Shown here: one piece after another, positions 54,199 through 63,100 of the stretch | Position numbering within the stretch: position 1 is the first letter of the stretch | Layout of the letters: each line of letters begins with the position of its first letter | From: an uncultured Bacillota bacterium | GTDB lineage: Bacteria; Bacillota; Dehalobacteriia; UBA7702 | Length of the DNA: 64,000 nt | Assembly (NCBI GenBank): GCA_902796855.1 | Contig: CADBQN010000036.1 | Location: forward strand, 4,878 to 68,877 | Reading direction: 5' to 3' | Program-made: the position numbers and the translations under genes | Notes under the pieces: generated by a model | What the model saw: the letters and a program-made list of their open reading frames with translations, nothing else | The model's database searches: none | Told to the model about the DNA's origin: nothing

Positions 54199-55731
54199 AT
54201 GCAGTCATCTACCGCCGGCATCCTCGTCGCCATCATTCTCTATCTGGGGATGGTCGTTACCATCGGTGCCGTCTTGTCCAAACGCAACAAAACCGCCGGT
54301 GATTTCTATCTCGGCGGCCGCAAACTGGGGCCTTTCGTTACCGCCATGAGCGCCGAAGCCTCGGATATGAGCAGTTACCTGCTGATGGGCCTGCCGGGCC
54401 TCGCCTATCTCACCGGCACCGCCGACGTCGGCTGGACCGTCATCGGTCTCGCCGCCGGGACGTATCTGAACTGGCTCATCGTCTCCAAGCGCATCCGCTG
54501 CTATTCTCAGCAGATCGAGGCCATCACGATCCCGGAATTTTTTTCCAACCGCTTTAAGGACCGCCGCAAGATCCTGATGTGCGTGGCCGCCCTCGTCATC
54601 ATCATCTTCTTCATCCCTTACACGGCGTCGGGCTTCGCCGCCTGCGGCAAGCTCTTCAACAGTCTCTTCGGCATGGATTACTTTACCGCCGTGCTGCTGG
54701 CCGCCGCCGTCATCGTGCTCTATACGGCCCTCGGCGGTTTTCTCGCCGCCAGCACCACCGACTTTATTCAGAGCATCATCATGAGCGTCGCCCTGATCAT
54801 CGTCGTCTGCTACGGCGTCAACGTCGCCGGCGGTTTCGGCACCATCTCCGACAACATCGGCAGTCTGCCGGGGTACCTGTCGCTGAGCGCTACCTACAAC
54901 ACGGCCACCGGCGAATCCGCCCCCTATGGCTTTATCACCGTTATTTCCACCATGGCCTGGGGCCTCGGCTATTTCGGCATGCCCCACATCCTGCTGCGCT
55001 TTATGGCTACGGAAGATAAGGACAAGCTGGCGCTTTCCCGCCGCGTCGCCACGATCTGGGTCATCATCTCCATGGCTGTCGCCGTCGCCATCGGCATCGT
55101 CGGCTACGCCATGAGCGCCGAAGGGGCGCTGCCCTTCCTCGACGACTCCGAACGCATCATCGTCTACATTGCCCAGCGCATCGCCTCCCACGGCTTCTTC
55201 TTCGCCCTCATCGGCGGCGTCATCCTCGCCGGGATCCTCGCTTCGACGATGTCCACCGCCGACTCTCAGCTGCTGGCGGCTTCCAGCTCCGTTTCGGAAA
55301 ACATTTTAAAGGGCACCATCGGCCTGAAAGTCTCCGATAGGAGCACGATGGTCATCGCCCGCGTCACCGTCATCGTCATCGCCGTCATCGGCGTGTTCCT
55401 GGCAAAGAACCCCGACAGCTCCGTTTTCGGCATCGTTTCCTTCGCCTGGGCCGGCTTCGGCGCGGCCTTCGGCCCCGTGATGCTCTTCTCCCTGTTCTGG
55501 AAGCGCGTCAACCTCGCCGGCGCCATCGCCGGCATGGTCTCCGGCGGCGCCATGGTCTTCATCTGGGAATACCTCATCAGCCCCATGGGCGGTATCTGGG
55601 GTATCTATGAACTGCTGCCCTCCTTCATCGTGGCCTGCGTGTTCATCGTCGTCGTCTCCCTCATCACCCCCGCTCCCGGAAAAGAGATCCTCGATGATTA
55701 CGAAAAGTATCAGGAACTGCTGAAACAGTGA
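54199..55731 (+). CDS. Sodium:solute symporter (SSS family; PutP/proline-permease-like)
   Basis: N-terminal GDFYLGGRKLGPFVTAMSAEASDMSSYLLMGLPGLAY is the SSS signature. ~13 TM, 510 aa. Confidence 0.85.
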   Translation: MQSSTAGILVAIILYLGMVVTIGAVLSKRNKTAGDFYLGGRKLGPFVTAMSAEASDMSSYLLMGLPGLAYLTGTADVGWTVIGLAAGTYLNWLIVSKRIRCYSQQIEAITIPEFFSNRFKDRRKILMCVAALVIIIFFIPYTASGFAACGKLFNSLFGMDYFTAVLLAAAVIVLYTALGGFLAASTTDFIQSIIMSVALIIVVCYGVNVAGGFGTISDNIGSLPGYLSLSATYNTATGESAPYGFITVISTMAWGLGYFGMPHILLRFMATEDKDKLALSRRVATIWVIISMAVAVAIGIVGYAMSAEGALPFLDDSERIIVYIAQRIASHGFFFALIGGVILAGILASTMSTADSQLLAASSSVSENILKGTIGLKVSDRSTMVIARVTVIVIAVIGVFLAKNPDSSVFGIVSFAWAGFGAAFGPVMLFSLFWKRVNLAGAIAGMVSGGAMVFIWEYLISPMGGIWGIYELLPSFIVACVFIVVVSLITPAPGKEILDDYEKYQELLKQ

Positions 55732-55743
55732 GCGTCAAATGAA

Positions 55744-55809
55744 AACGGACCGCTCCCGGTCCCGCGCCGCCTTTTCCCGGCGGCTCGGGAACGGGAGCGG
55801 TTTTCTTTA
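55744..55809 (+). terminator. Candidate terminator after the symporter gene
   Basis: aacggaccgctcccg ... cgggagcgg followed by ttttcttta. The loop is large, hence the low confidence. Confidence 0.4.
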
Positions 55810-55911
55810 CGCCGTTTTCCTTTTCCGCTCTTGTTTTCTCTTTTGTTTTTCGCTATACTATAAGTAGCGCGAAGGGTGGAAAAGCCCTTCGTCAAAGGAG
55901 ATTGAATCAGA

Positions 55912-56997
55912 ATGAAATTAGGTATTATAGGTCTCCCCAATGTGGGGAAAAGCACCCTCTTTAACTCGCTGACCAAGGCCGGAGCCGAATCGGCCAACTA
56001 TCCCTTCTGCACCATTGACCCGAATGTGGGCATCGTGACCGTCCCCGATGAGCGAGTCGATTTTTTGGGAGAATTTTATAAAACGAAAAAAGTGACCCAT
56101 GCCACCATTGAGTTCGTGGATATCGCCGGTCTCGTCAAAGGCGCCTCCAAAGGGGAGGGCCTCGGCAATCAGTTCCTCGCCAATATCCGTGAGGTCGACG
56201 CCATCGTTCACGTCGTCCGCTGCTTTGAGGATGAAAACATCGTCCACGTCGACGGCAGCATCGATCCGGCCCGGGACATCGAGACCATCAATCTGGAGCT
56301 GATCTTTTCCGATATCGAGGTGCTGGAACGGCGCATGGTGAAAATGAGCCGCGCCGCCCGGAGCGACAAGACCGTGGCCAGGGAATACGCTTTCTGCGAA
56401 CGGCTCATGGCCCACCTTCAGGATATGAACCTCGCCAAGACGCTGGAACTGAACGAAGAGGAAGAAGCGTATCTCGCCGAATATAACCTGCTGACGTCGA
56501 AGCCGGTGATCTACGCCGCCAATGTCGCCGAAAAGGACGCTAAAGACGGCAACCGCTATGTCGACGCCGTCCGTGAACTGGTGAAGGACGAAAACAGCGA
56601 GGTCTTTGTCGTCTGCGCCGAAATCGAACAGGAGATCTGCGATTTTGACGAGGAAGAAAAGGCAATGTTCCTCGCTGATCTCGGCCTCACCGAATCCGGT
56701 CTTGACCGTCTTATCGCCGCCAGTTACCATCTGCTGGGGCTCATCAGCTTCCTCACCGCCGGTGAGGATGAGTGCCGCGCCTGGACCATCACCCGGGGCA
56801 CGAAAGCCCCTCAGGCCGCCGGCAAGATCCACACCGACTTTGAGCGCGGCTTCATTCGCGCTGAGGTCGTCAATTACAAAGATTTCAGAGCCTGCGGCAG
56901 CGTCGCCGCCGCCAAGGAAAAAGGCCTCGTCCGCCTGGAAGGGAAAGATTACGTCATGGCCGACGGCGATATCACCCTGTTCCGCTTTAACGTCTGA
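55912..56997 (+). CDS. ychF: Ribosome-binding ATPase YchF
   Basis: MKLGIIGLPNVGKSTLFN...; TGS domain at the C-terminus; AAAGGAGA RBS. Confidence 0.95.
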   Translation: MKLGIIGLPNVGKSTLFNSLTKAGAESANYPFCTIDPNVGIVTVPDERVDFLGEFYKTKKVTHATIEFVDIAGLVKGASKGEGLGNQFLANIREVDAIVHVVRCFEDENIVHVDGSIDPARDIETINLELIFSDIEVLERRMVKMSRAARSDKTVAREYAFCERLMAHLQDMNLAKTLELNEEEEAYLAEYNLLTSKPVIYAANVAEKDAKDGNRYVDAVRELVKDENSEVFVVCAEIEQEICDFDEEEKAMFLADLGLTESGLDRLIAASYHLLGLISFLTAGEDECRAWTITRGTKAPQAAGKIHTDFERGFIRAEVVNYKDFRACGSVAAAKEKGLVRLEGKDYVMADGDITLFRFNV

Positions 56998-58058
56998 TGA
57001 CCGCCGCGGCCCGGGGCGGGACAACGCTCACCGCCGTTTCGGCGATTCATTTCTTTGTCGATCTCGCCTGTATCTTTTTGGTGACGTCGTCCTTTCCGGC
57101 GGAGAACTGGCTGTTTTACGTCGTTTTGTATAATTTCTGCGCCTTCGCGCTCCAGCTGCCTCTGGGCGTGGTCTGCGACCGGCGCTCCGCGCCGTTGTTC
57201 CCCGCGGTCTGCGGCTGCGTTCTGGTGGCCCTGGCCTATCCGCTGACGGCGTTCCTGCCCATCGGGGGCTGTCTCGCCGCCGGTCTCGGCAACGCGCTCT
57301 TTCACATCGGCGGCGGTGTCGCCGTGATGCGCGCCTTCCCGAAAACCGCCTCGCCGCTGGGGATTTTTGTTTCCCCCGGCGCTCTCGGCGTGTTTTTCGG
57401 CGTCTTCTGCGCGCGGGAGGGGCTTGCCGTGACGTACCTCTTTCCCCTGCTTCTGTTGGTCTGCGCCGCGGTTCTGGCGGTCGTGCGCAAAAGAGAGGGG
57501 GAAGGCGCTTTCGTCCCGAGGGAGGACGGCGGACTGTCGCTCTCGCCCGGCGGCTTTGCCGCGGCCGGGGCGGCGCTGCTCTTTTTCGCGGTGGTGCTGC
57601 GCTCCTGGTTCGGGCTGATCGTCACGCTGCCCTGGAAAACCGGGTTTTTACTGCCTTTTCTCTTTGTCGTCGGCGTCGCCGCCGGCAAGGCTCTGGGCGG
57701 TCTCGTCGGCGACCGGCTCGGTCTTCGCGGCGGCGCCGTGACGACGCTGGCCCTTTCGGCGCTGCTGTTCCTCTTTGCCGAGGGCTCGCCGGCGGCGGGC
57801 ATCGCCGCCATCTGCTGTTATAATATGACGATGCCGCTGACCCTCTTCGCCCTCGGGGAGATCTGCGGAGAGGCCAAGGGCTTTGCTTTTGGACTGACGA
57901 CTTTCGCGCTGTTTCTCGGCACCCTGCCGACGCTGCTGCCGCTTTCGCCGAAAACCGCTGACCCTGCCCTCCTCGTTCCCCTCGTGGTTCTGGCCGCCGT
58001 TTTGATCTGCGGCGGCGTGGCGCTGGCCCGAAAAGGCGGCGGAAAAGGGGTGTCGTGA
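56997..58058 (+). CDS. Hypothetical polytopic membrane protein (353 aa, 10-12 TM; possibly transporter-like)
   Basis: Hydrophobic throughout. The start overlaps the ychF stop. No diagnostic motif. Confidence 0.45.
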   Translation: MTAAARGGTTLTAVSAIHFFVDLACIFLVTSSFPAENWLFYVVLYNFCAFALQLPLGVVCDRRSAPLFPAVCGCVLVALAYPLTAFLPIGGCLAAGLGNALFHIGGGVAVMRAFPKTASPLGIFVSPGALGVFFGVFCAREGLAVTYLFPLLLLVCAAVLAVVRKREGEGAFVPREDGGLSLSPGGFAAAGAALLFFAVVLRSWFGLIVTLPWKTGFLLPFLFVVGVAAGKALGGLVGDRLGLRGGAVTTLALSALLFLFAEGSPAAGIAAICCYNMTMPLTLFALGEICGEAKGFAFGLTTFALFLGTLPTLLPLSPKTADPALLVPLVVLAAVLICGGVALARKGGGKGVS

Positions 58059-58414
58059 TGCTCTTTTCCCTGCTCCTTTCGCTGATCCTGACGGAATGCG
58101 CCGAAGTGCCGCTGGCGGCGGCGTTTCCCGCCTTTCGCTCAGAGCGGGGACTGCTCGTCGTCGCCCTCGCCAATGTCGTCACCAACCCCGCCGTCGTCTA
58201 TGTGATGCGCCTTTATCACCTTTACGGCTCCGGCGCGGGGGAGATCGTGCTGCTGGCCGCCCTGGAGATCGCCGCCGTTCTGACCGAAGGGCCGATCTAC
58301 CGGCGGCTGACGGGAAAGACGACGTCGGCGCTGCTTTATTCCCTGATCCTGAACGGCGGTTCCTTTCTGCTGGGGATCGCGGTCAATGTCCTTTTAAAGC
58401 AGGTGATTTTATGA
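58055..58414 (+). CDS. Hypothetical small membrane protein (119 aa, 3-4 TM)
   Basis: 4-nt overlap with the upstream gene; hydrophobic. Confidence 0.4.
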   Translation: MMLFSLLLSLILTECAEVPLAAAFPAFRSERGLLVVALANVVTNPAVVYVMRLYHLYGSGAGEIVLLAALEIAAVLTEGPIYRRLTGKTTSALLYSLILNGGSFLLGIAVNVLLKQVIL

Positions 58415-58623
58415 AAAAAACACCGCTCCTTTTCGCTCTTGCCGCGCTGCTGACGCTCTGTTGCAGCGGCGGCGTTCTCGCTGATGTCGCCGTCTATGAA
58501 TATGACGCCCGCCGCGTCTTCTTCACGCTGTTTACGTCAGCGTCGCTGGCGCTGATTTTCCTTTTCCTCGCCGGGGCGGTGCTCGCCGTGACTTTGATCT
58601 TATTAAAGAAATATTTAAAATAA
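58411..58623 (+). CDS. Small putative lipoprotein/membrane peptide (70 aa)
   Basis: MKKTPLLFALAALLTLCCSGG (lipobox-like LTLC) plus a C-terminal TM. ATGA overlap with the upstream gene. Its N-terminus parallels that of the next gene. Confidence 0.4.
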   Translation: MKKTPLLFALAALLTLCCSGGVLADVAVYEYDARRVFFTLFTSASLALIFLFLAGAVLAVTLILLKKYLK

Positions 58624-58650
58624 ACCGTGGAAAACAAGGGGTACCCGACA

Positions 58651-59397
58651 ATGAAAAAAATCTTTTGCTTTTGCTGCTGTCTGCTCTTTCTCTTCGGCCT
58701 CAGTGCCGGCGTCCTCGCCGACGCCGCCGTCTACGACTGGGAAATTCAGCGGGACTGCAGCTACGACCGCTACGTCGCTACCGTTGACGGCGGCGTGAAC
58801 CTGCGGACGGAACCGACGACCCAGGCGTCGATCATCTGCACCATTCCCGATTTCGTCCGCCTGCGCATCACCATGGAGAGCACCAACGGCTGGGGCTATA
58901 CCGCCTATAACGGCAGTGAGGGCTGGGTGGCGCTGAATCAGCTCAGCTCCTCCTATCCCGCTTCCGATATTCATCGGGAAGTCGTCGTTTCCGCTTCCGA
59001 CGGCGTGAACCTCAGGGAGGGACCCGATGTTTCCTACGCCAAGGTGAGAGCCACCATCCCCACGGGCACGGCGCTGACGGTGACGTCGCTTTATTCGAAA
59101 AAGAACTGGGGATTCGTCACCTATGACGGTACCTCGGGCTGGATCGCTCTGAGCGAGGTAACGGACGCCGCCGCGGCGAAGACCCAGGAAGCGCCGACCG
59201 TCGTTCAGGAGGAGCCCGCCGAACCCGCTGAAACCGATGAGGCGCTGAACGGGGACACCGATGCCGCCGCGGATATCGTCATCGCGGAAGAGCCGGAACG
59301 GGATTTCCCGCTGATCCCCTTTTTGATCGGTCTTGCAATTCTCGTCGTGGCCTTCGCCGCCATCCTGCTCATTGTGCTGCTGACGCGGAAAAAATAA
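58651..59397 (+). CDS. Secreted protein with two bacterial SH3 (SH3b) domains and a C-terminal TM anchor
   Basis: Signal peptide MKKIFCFCCCLLFLFGLSAGVLA. Two GVNLR(T/E)xP...GWxxxxxxGxxGWxA modules. C-terminal LIPFLIGLAILVVAFAAILLIVLLTRKK. Confidence 0.7.
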   Translation: MKKIFCFCCCLLFLFGLSAGVLADAAVYDWEIQRDCSYDRYVATVDGGVNLRTEPTTQASIICTIPDFVRLRITMESTNGWGYTAYNGSEGWVALNQLSSSYPASDIHREVVVSASDGVNLREGPDVSYAKVRATIPTGTALTVTSLYSKKNWGFVTYDGTSGWIALSEVTDAAAAKTQEAPTVVQEEPAEPAETDEALNGDTDAAADIVIAEEPERDFPLIPFLIGLAILVVAFAAILLIVLLTRKK

Positions 59398-59426
59398 CGT
59401 GTTCCGCCGGAAAAAAGGAAGGAAGA

Positions 59427-60065
59427 ATGATTATGGATGAAACCATCATTGCCGACAGCCCCGAAATGAAGGAAGTTCCCGCCGCCGATATGGACGCGGC
59501 GCTGGCCGCGGCCGCCGCCGCGGCGGAAGATCCCGAATCTCTCATCGCCGCCTTTCAGAAGGCCGCGCCCGAGCTGGAAATCGAGCTTCGTCTCGTTGCC
59601 GCTTTCGCTCACTGCGGCGGCGGTCTCCTGGCCGCGGAAGGGGAAGACCGCGCCGAAGGTGTCATCGCGCGGATGAAAACGGAGTATTGGATCGACGGCG
59701 ACGCCGCGCGGATGATCTGCGGCCGCTTCCTCGCCGCCGCCGGGAAGGGAGGCGCCGCCGACAACAGCCTGCTGGCTCAGGCCGACCGCTGCTACCGCGG
59801 CGACGGCGTTCCCCAGGATAAGGAAAAAGCGGCGGAGCTCTACGCCGCCGCCGCGGAAGAGGGCGACGTTACCGCCCAATACACCCTCGGCTATATGCTG
59901 GACAAAGGCGACGGTGTTGAGAAAGACCGGGAAGCCGCCATGGTCTGGTATGAAAAGGCCGCGGCCCAGGGCCACGAAAGCGCCGTCAACCGGCTGAATG
60001 TGCTGAAACAGGCCGCCGCCCGGCCCCAGCCGGAAAAGAAACGAGGGCTCTTCGGCCGCCGCTGA
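59427..60065 (+). CDS. Sel1-repeat (TPR-like) protein
   Basis: Repeats of the form AAELYAAAAEEGDVTAQYTLGYMLDKGDGVEKDREAAMVWYEKAAAQGHESAVNRL. Confidence 0.7.
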   Translation: MIMDETIIADSPEMKEVPAADMDAALAAAAAAAEDPESLIAAFQKAAPELEIELRLVAAFAHCGGGLLAAEGEDRAEGVIARMKTEYWIDGDAARMICGRFLAAAGKGGAADNSLLAQADRCYRGDGVPQDKEKAAELYAAAAEEGDVTAQYTLGYMLDKGDGVEKDREAAMVWYEKAAAQGHESAVNRLNVLKQAAARPQPEKKRGLFGRR

Positions 60066-60075
60066 AACCGCGATG

Positions 60076-60127
60076 AAAAAATCGCCGGACACTGCCGTAT
60101 CGGCTGTGTCGCGGCGATTTTTTTTGC
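60076..60127. terminator. Bidirectional rho-independent terminator
   Basis: aaaaaatcgccg ... cggcgatttttttt. Confidence 0.6.
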
Positions 60128-60168
60128 GGTTTCGGGCAGCGCCGGATGATTCGGCGCTTTTTGCATCT

Positions 60169-63100
60169 TTAAAGCGCTCTCTTTCTGATCAGGAGCAGGC
60201 CGCCGCCGAGGATCATGGCGGAGCCGAGGATCGTGAAGATCGTGGTGCCGATGCCGCCGGAGGAGGGGAGCTCATAGCCTTTGTTGTTGGATATCTTCAG
60301 CGTATAGACTTTCGTTTCGGGATCATAGGTTTTCCCTCGGCCGTTGTTTGAAAGCGTGGTCCCTTCATTGTAGGTGACGTCGGCTGCCGTCACCGTGATC
60401 GTCACCGGTTCCGTTTTCGGGAGATATCCCTTCGGCGCTTCCGTTTCCAGCAGATGATACGTCCCGGGGGGAAGATCGAACACGGCGTTACCGGAGCCGT
60501 CTTTCAGAAGGCCGTTCTCATCGGAGGTCAGGCCGGTGTACAGAGCCGGGGTTTCATTTCCCCCTTCCGCGCTCACCCGGTACAGATCGAAGACGGCGCC
60601 GGCGAGGGCGGAATCCGATACGTCGGCGATATCCACCTTCTTAAAGCTGACCTTCTTTCGCTGTGAATTTAAGATGGTCAGGACATATTCCAGCGTACCG
60701 TCGGCATCCGGTTCTCCCGTGAGGGTCACGCCGTCGGGATGCGTGCCGAGGGTGACGGCGCCGATGGGGCTCACGGTAAACTGAATATAGGCGGGAAGCG
60801 TTTCGTAACCGGTCAGCGTTTCTTTTTCCCTCAGTTCATACGTTCCCGGGGGCAGCGTGTTGTCCAGGGAAGGAATCAGCCCATCCTCATCGGTGATCAG
60901 GTTTTCATAGCCCGGCATCGGGTTCAGGTCGATCGCCGTGACGCTGTCCACCGTCACCTGGCGGTGAAGGGCGAATTTTACGCCTTTCAGGGGTTCCTCC
61001 GTGTCTCCGTTCTGTTTGACCGCCCGGAAGGTATAGGGGCGGTTTTTGATGACCATGGTCGCCAGCGTGGTCCCGTTCGCCTGGGCCAGCGTGTAGTATT
61101 CCTCATCGGGACCGGTGACGGTGACCTCGCCGTTTTGCAGCGTGATCTTCATGGCCGTTTCCGGTCCGTGATAGCCCTGGGGTGTTTTCGTTTCCGTCAG
61201 GGTGTATTCCTTGTCGTTGCTGAGAAAGGCGGTTGTGATGAGGCCTTCCTCATCGGAGGTAAAGGTCCCCAGAACATTGCCTTTTTCATCCGCCAGGGCA
61301 AAGACCGCTCCCTGCTGGGCATTGCCGTCCCAATCCTGTTTTTTCAGAATGATCCCGGGACGGTCGTTGGTGACGGTGTCCACGCGGACGTTGGAATCGC
61401 TGCTGATTTTTCCCTCTTTATATTGTACGGTATAGACAAAGCTCGAACGCGTGTCCTCGCCCTTCTGTGTGCCGTTTAGTGTCAGTTCGCTGTCGGCGGC
61501 CAGGGGCGTGACGGTGCCGGGATCCGTGACGGTGCCGTCGTCGCCGATCGCGGGATTCGCCGCGGAGAGGGTCACCTCGCGAATCAGATAATCCTCCACG
61601 CCGGTCGTTCCCGCGACGGGCAGATGATCGTAATACCAGTACAGTGTCGGCGGGTTCGCCGTGGAAGCCAGCTGGCGCACGCTTCCTTCCACCGGGGTCA
61701 GGGAACCGTCCGCCGCCTTTGTGAACAGGGCGAAATAGACCGGGTCGCGTTCGGACATATAGTCCGCGTCCCGCCATACTTTGTTGACGCGCAGGCCCCA
61801 GCCTTTCAGGTTGCGCACGATGACCGGCGCGTCCTTCCCCGAAACAACGGTGCCTTTTACGCCCGGAACGCCGGAGTCATCCCTTTCGCTCACGGCGGCG
61901 TTCACCGCGTCATATCCTTCGTATTTTTGGAAGGAATAGCCGTCCGGGACTTCCTCGGGGCGTTCTTCCACGCGGTATTGCGTTCCCGCCAGGACGTTTC
62001 GGACCTCCGCGGTAAAACCGGTGGGGATTTTGGTGATGGAACCGTAGATCGAGGTCGTGAAACTGGCGGATTTCTTCTGGTCCTCGCTCAGGGAAGAATA
62101 GTCGGAGATCCCCTCCCCGATCTTCACGAATTTTTGATTGGCCGCGTCCCATCTGCAGTAGAAGCCGTCCGGATCCTTCACATGGTAGGTGTGCATATTG
62201 GCGACGTCCAGCGCGTCGAATTCCGAGGCCAGGTACAGGCGGAAGGAGAATTCCGTATCGTTTTCGGGATAAAGGATCTCCGTCGTTCCGTCCTCGTTAT
62301 AGAGCTGTTTCTTAATGGTCAGCGTGCGCAGCGCGTCGGGATTCACCGTATTATTATATTTGACTTTGGGCCGGATATGGGTCGTGGTGTAGTCAATGCC
62401 GTAATCCCTGCGGCTGTCGCTGCCCGGAACAGCGCTCCCCGTGAGCGTCTGCCCATTGACCGCGACACTGTTGTAGATCTCCGTATTGACCCCGCATTCC
62501 ACGATTTTATAGGAGGTCACGCCTTCGGGGAAGCTGATGTCGGCCGTCTCGCCGGGTTTCAGGAAAAAAACGTCCTGATACGTCGTACCGTCGATGGTGA
62601 CGGAAGGCTCATATTCCACCGGATTGATCGTGTCCTTGTAGAACACATAGTTGTCGTTTTGAGTGGGGATGTCCGCGGCGGCGTTCGTCAGGTAATATTC
62701 CTGCGCCCCTTCCTCCTCGCTCCTTTTATAGAGGATCTGATAGGGGAATTCCGCCATGATGCCGCTCTCGTCCACGCCCGAAAGGGTCTTGGAAAGCTGT
62801 ACAGTGCCTTCTTTGACGGCGGCCAGGTTAAAGCGCATATGCAGGTTGGAGGCGCCGGCGCCGCGCTCCATGTAGAAGATGTTCATGGTGTGGGTGGTGT
62901 CGTCTTTGAAGACCGTGCCGCCTTCGTCGAAGAACCGGCCGAGGTAGGCGGCGACCTCTTCGTCCGTCGCTTTGGGATTGCGGCCGCGGTAGTTGCTCTC
63001 AAACAGCTCCCTTAAAGTGGTGTGATTGCCGTTGACGTAGACATCGCCGGTGCGGAAGTTGACGCTGCCCGGTGCCGCGCTGTGGATGCCGCCCAGATCG

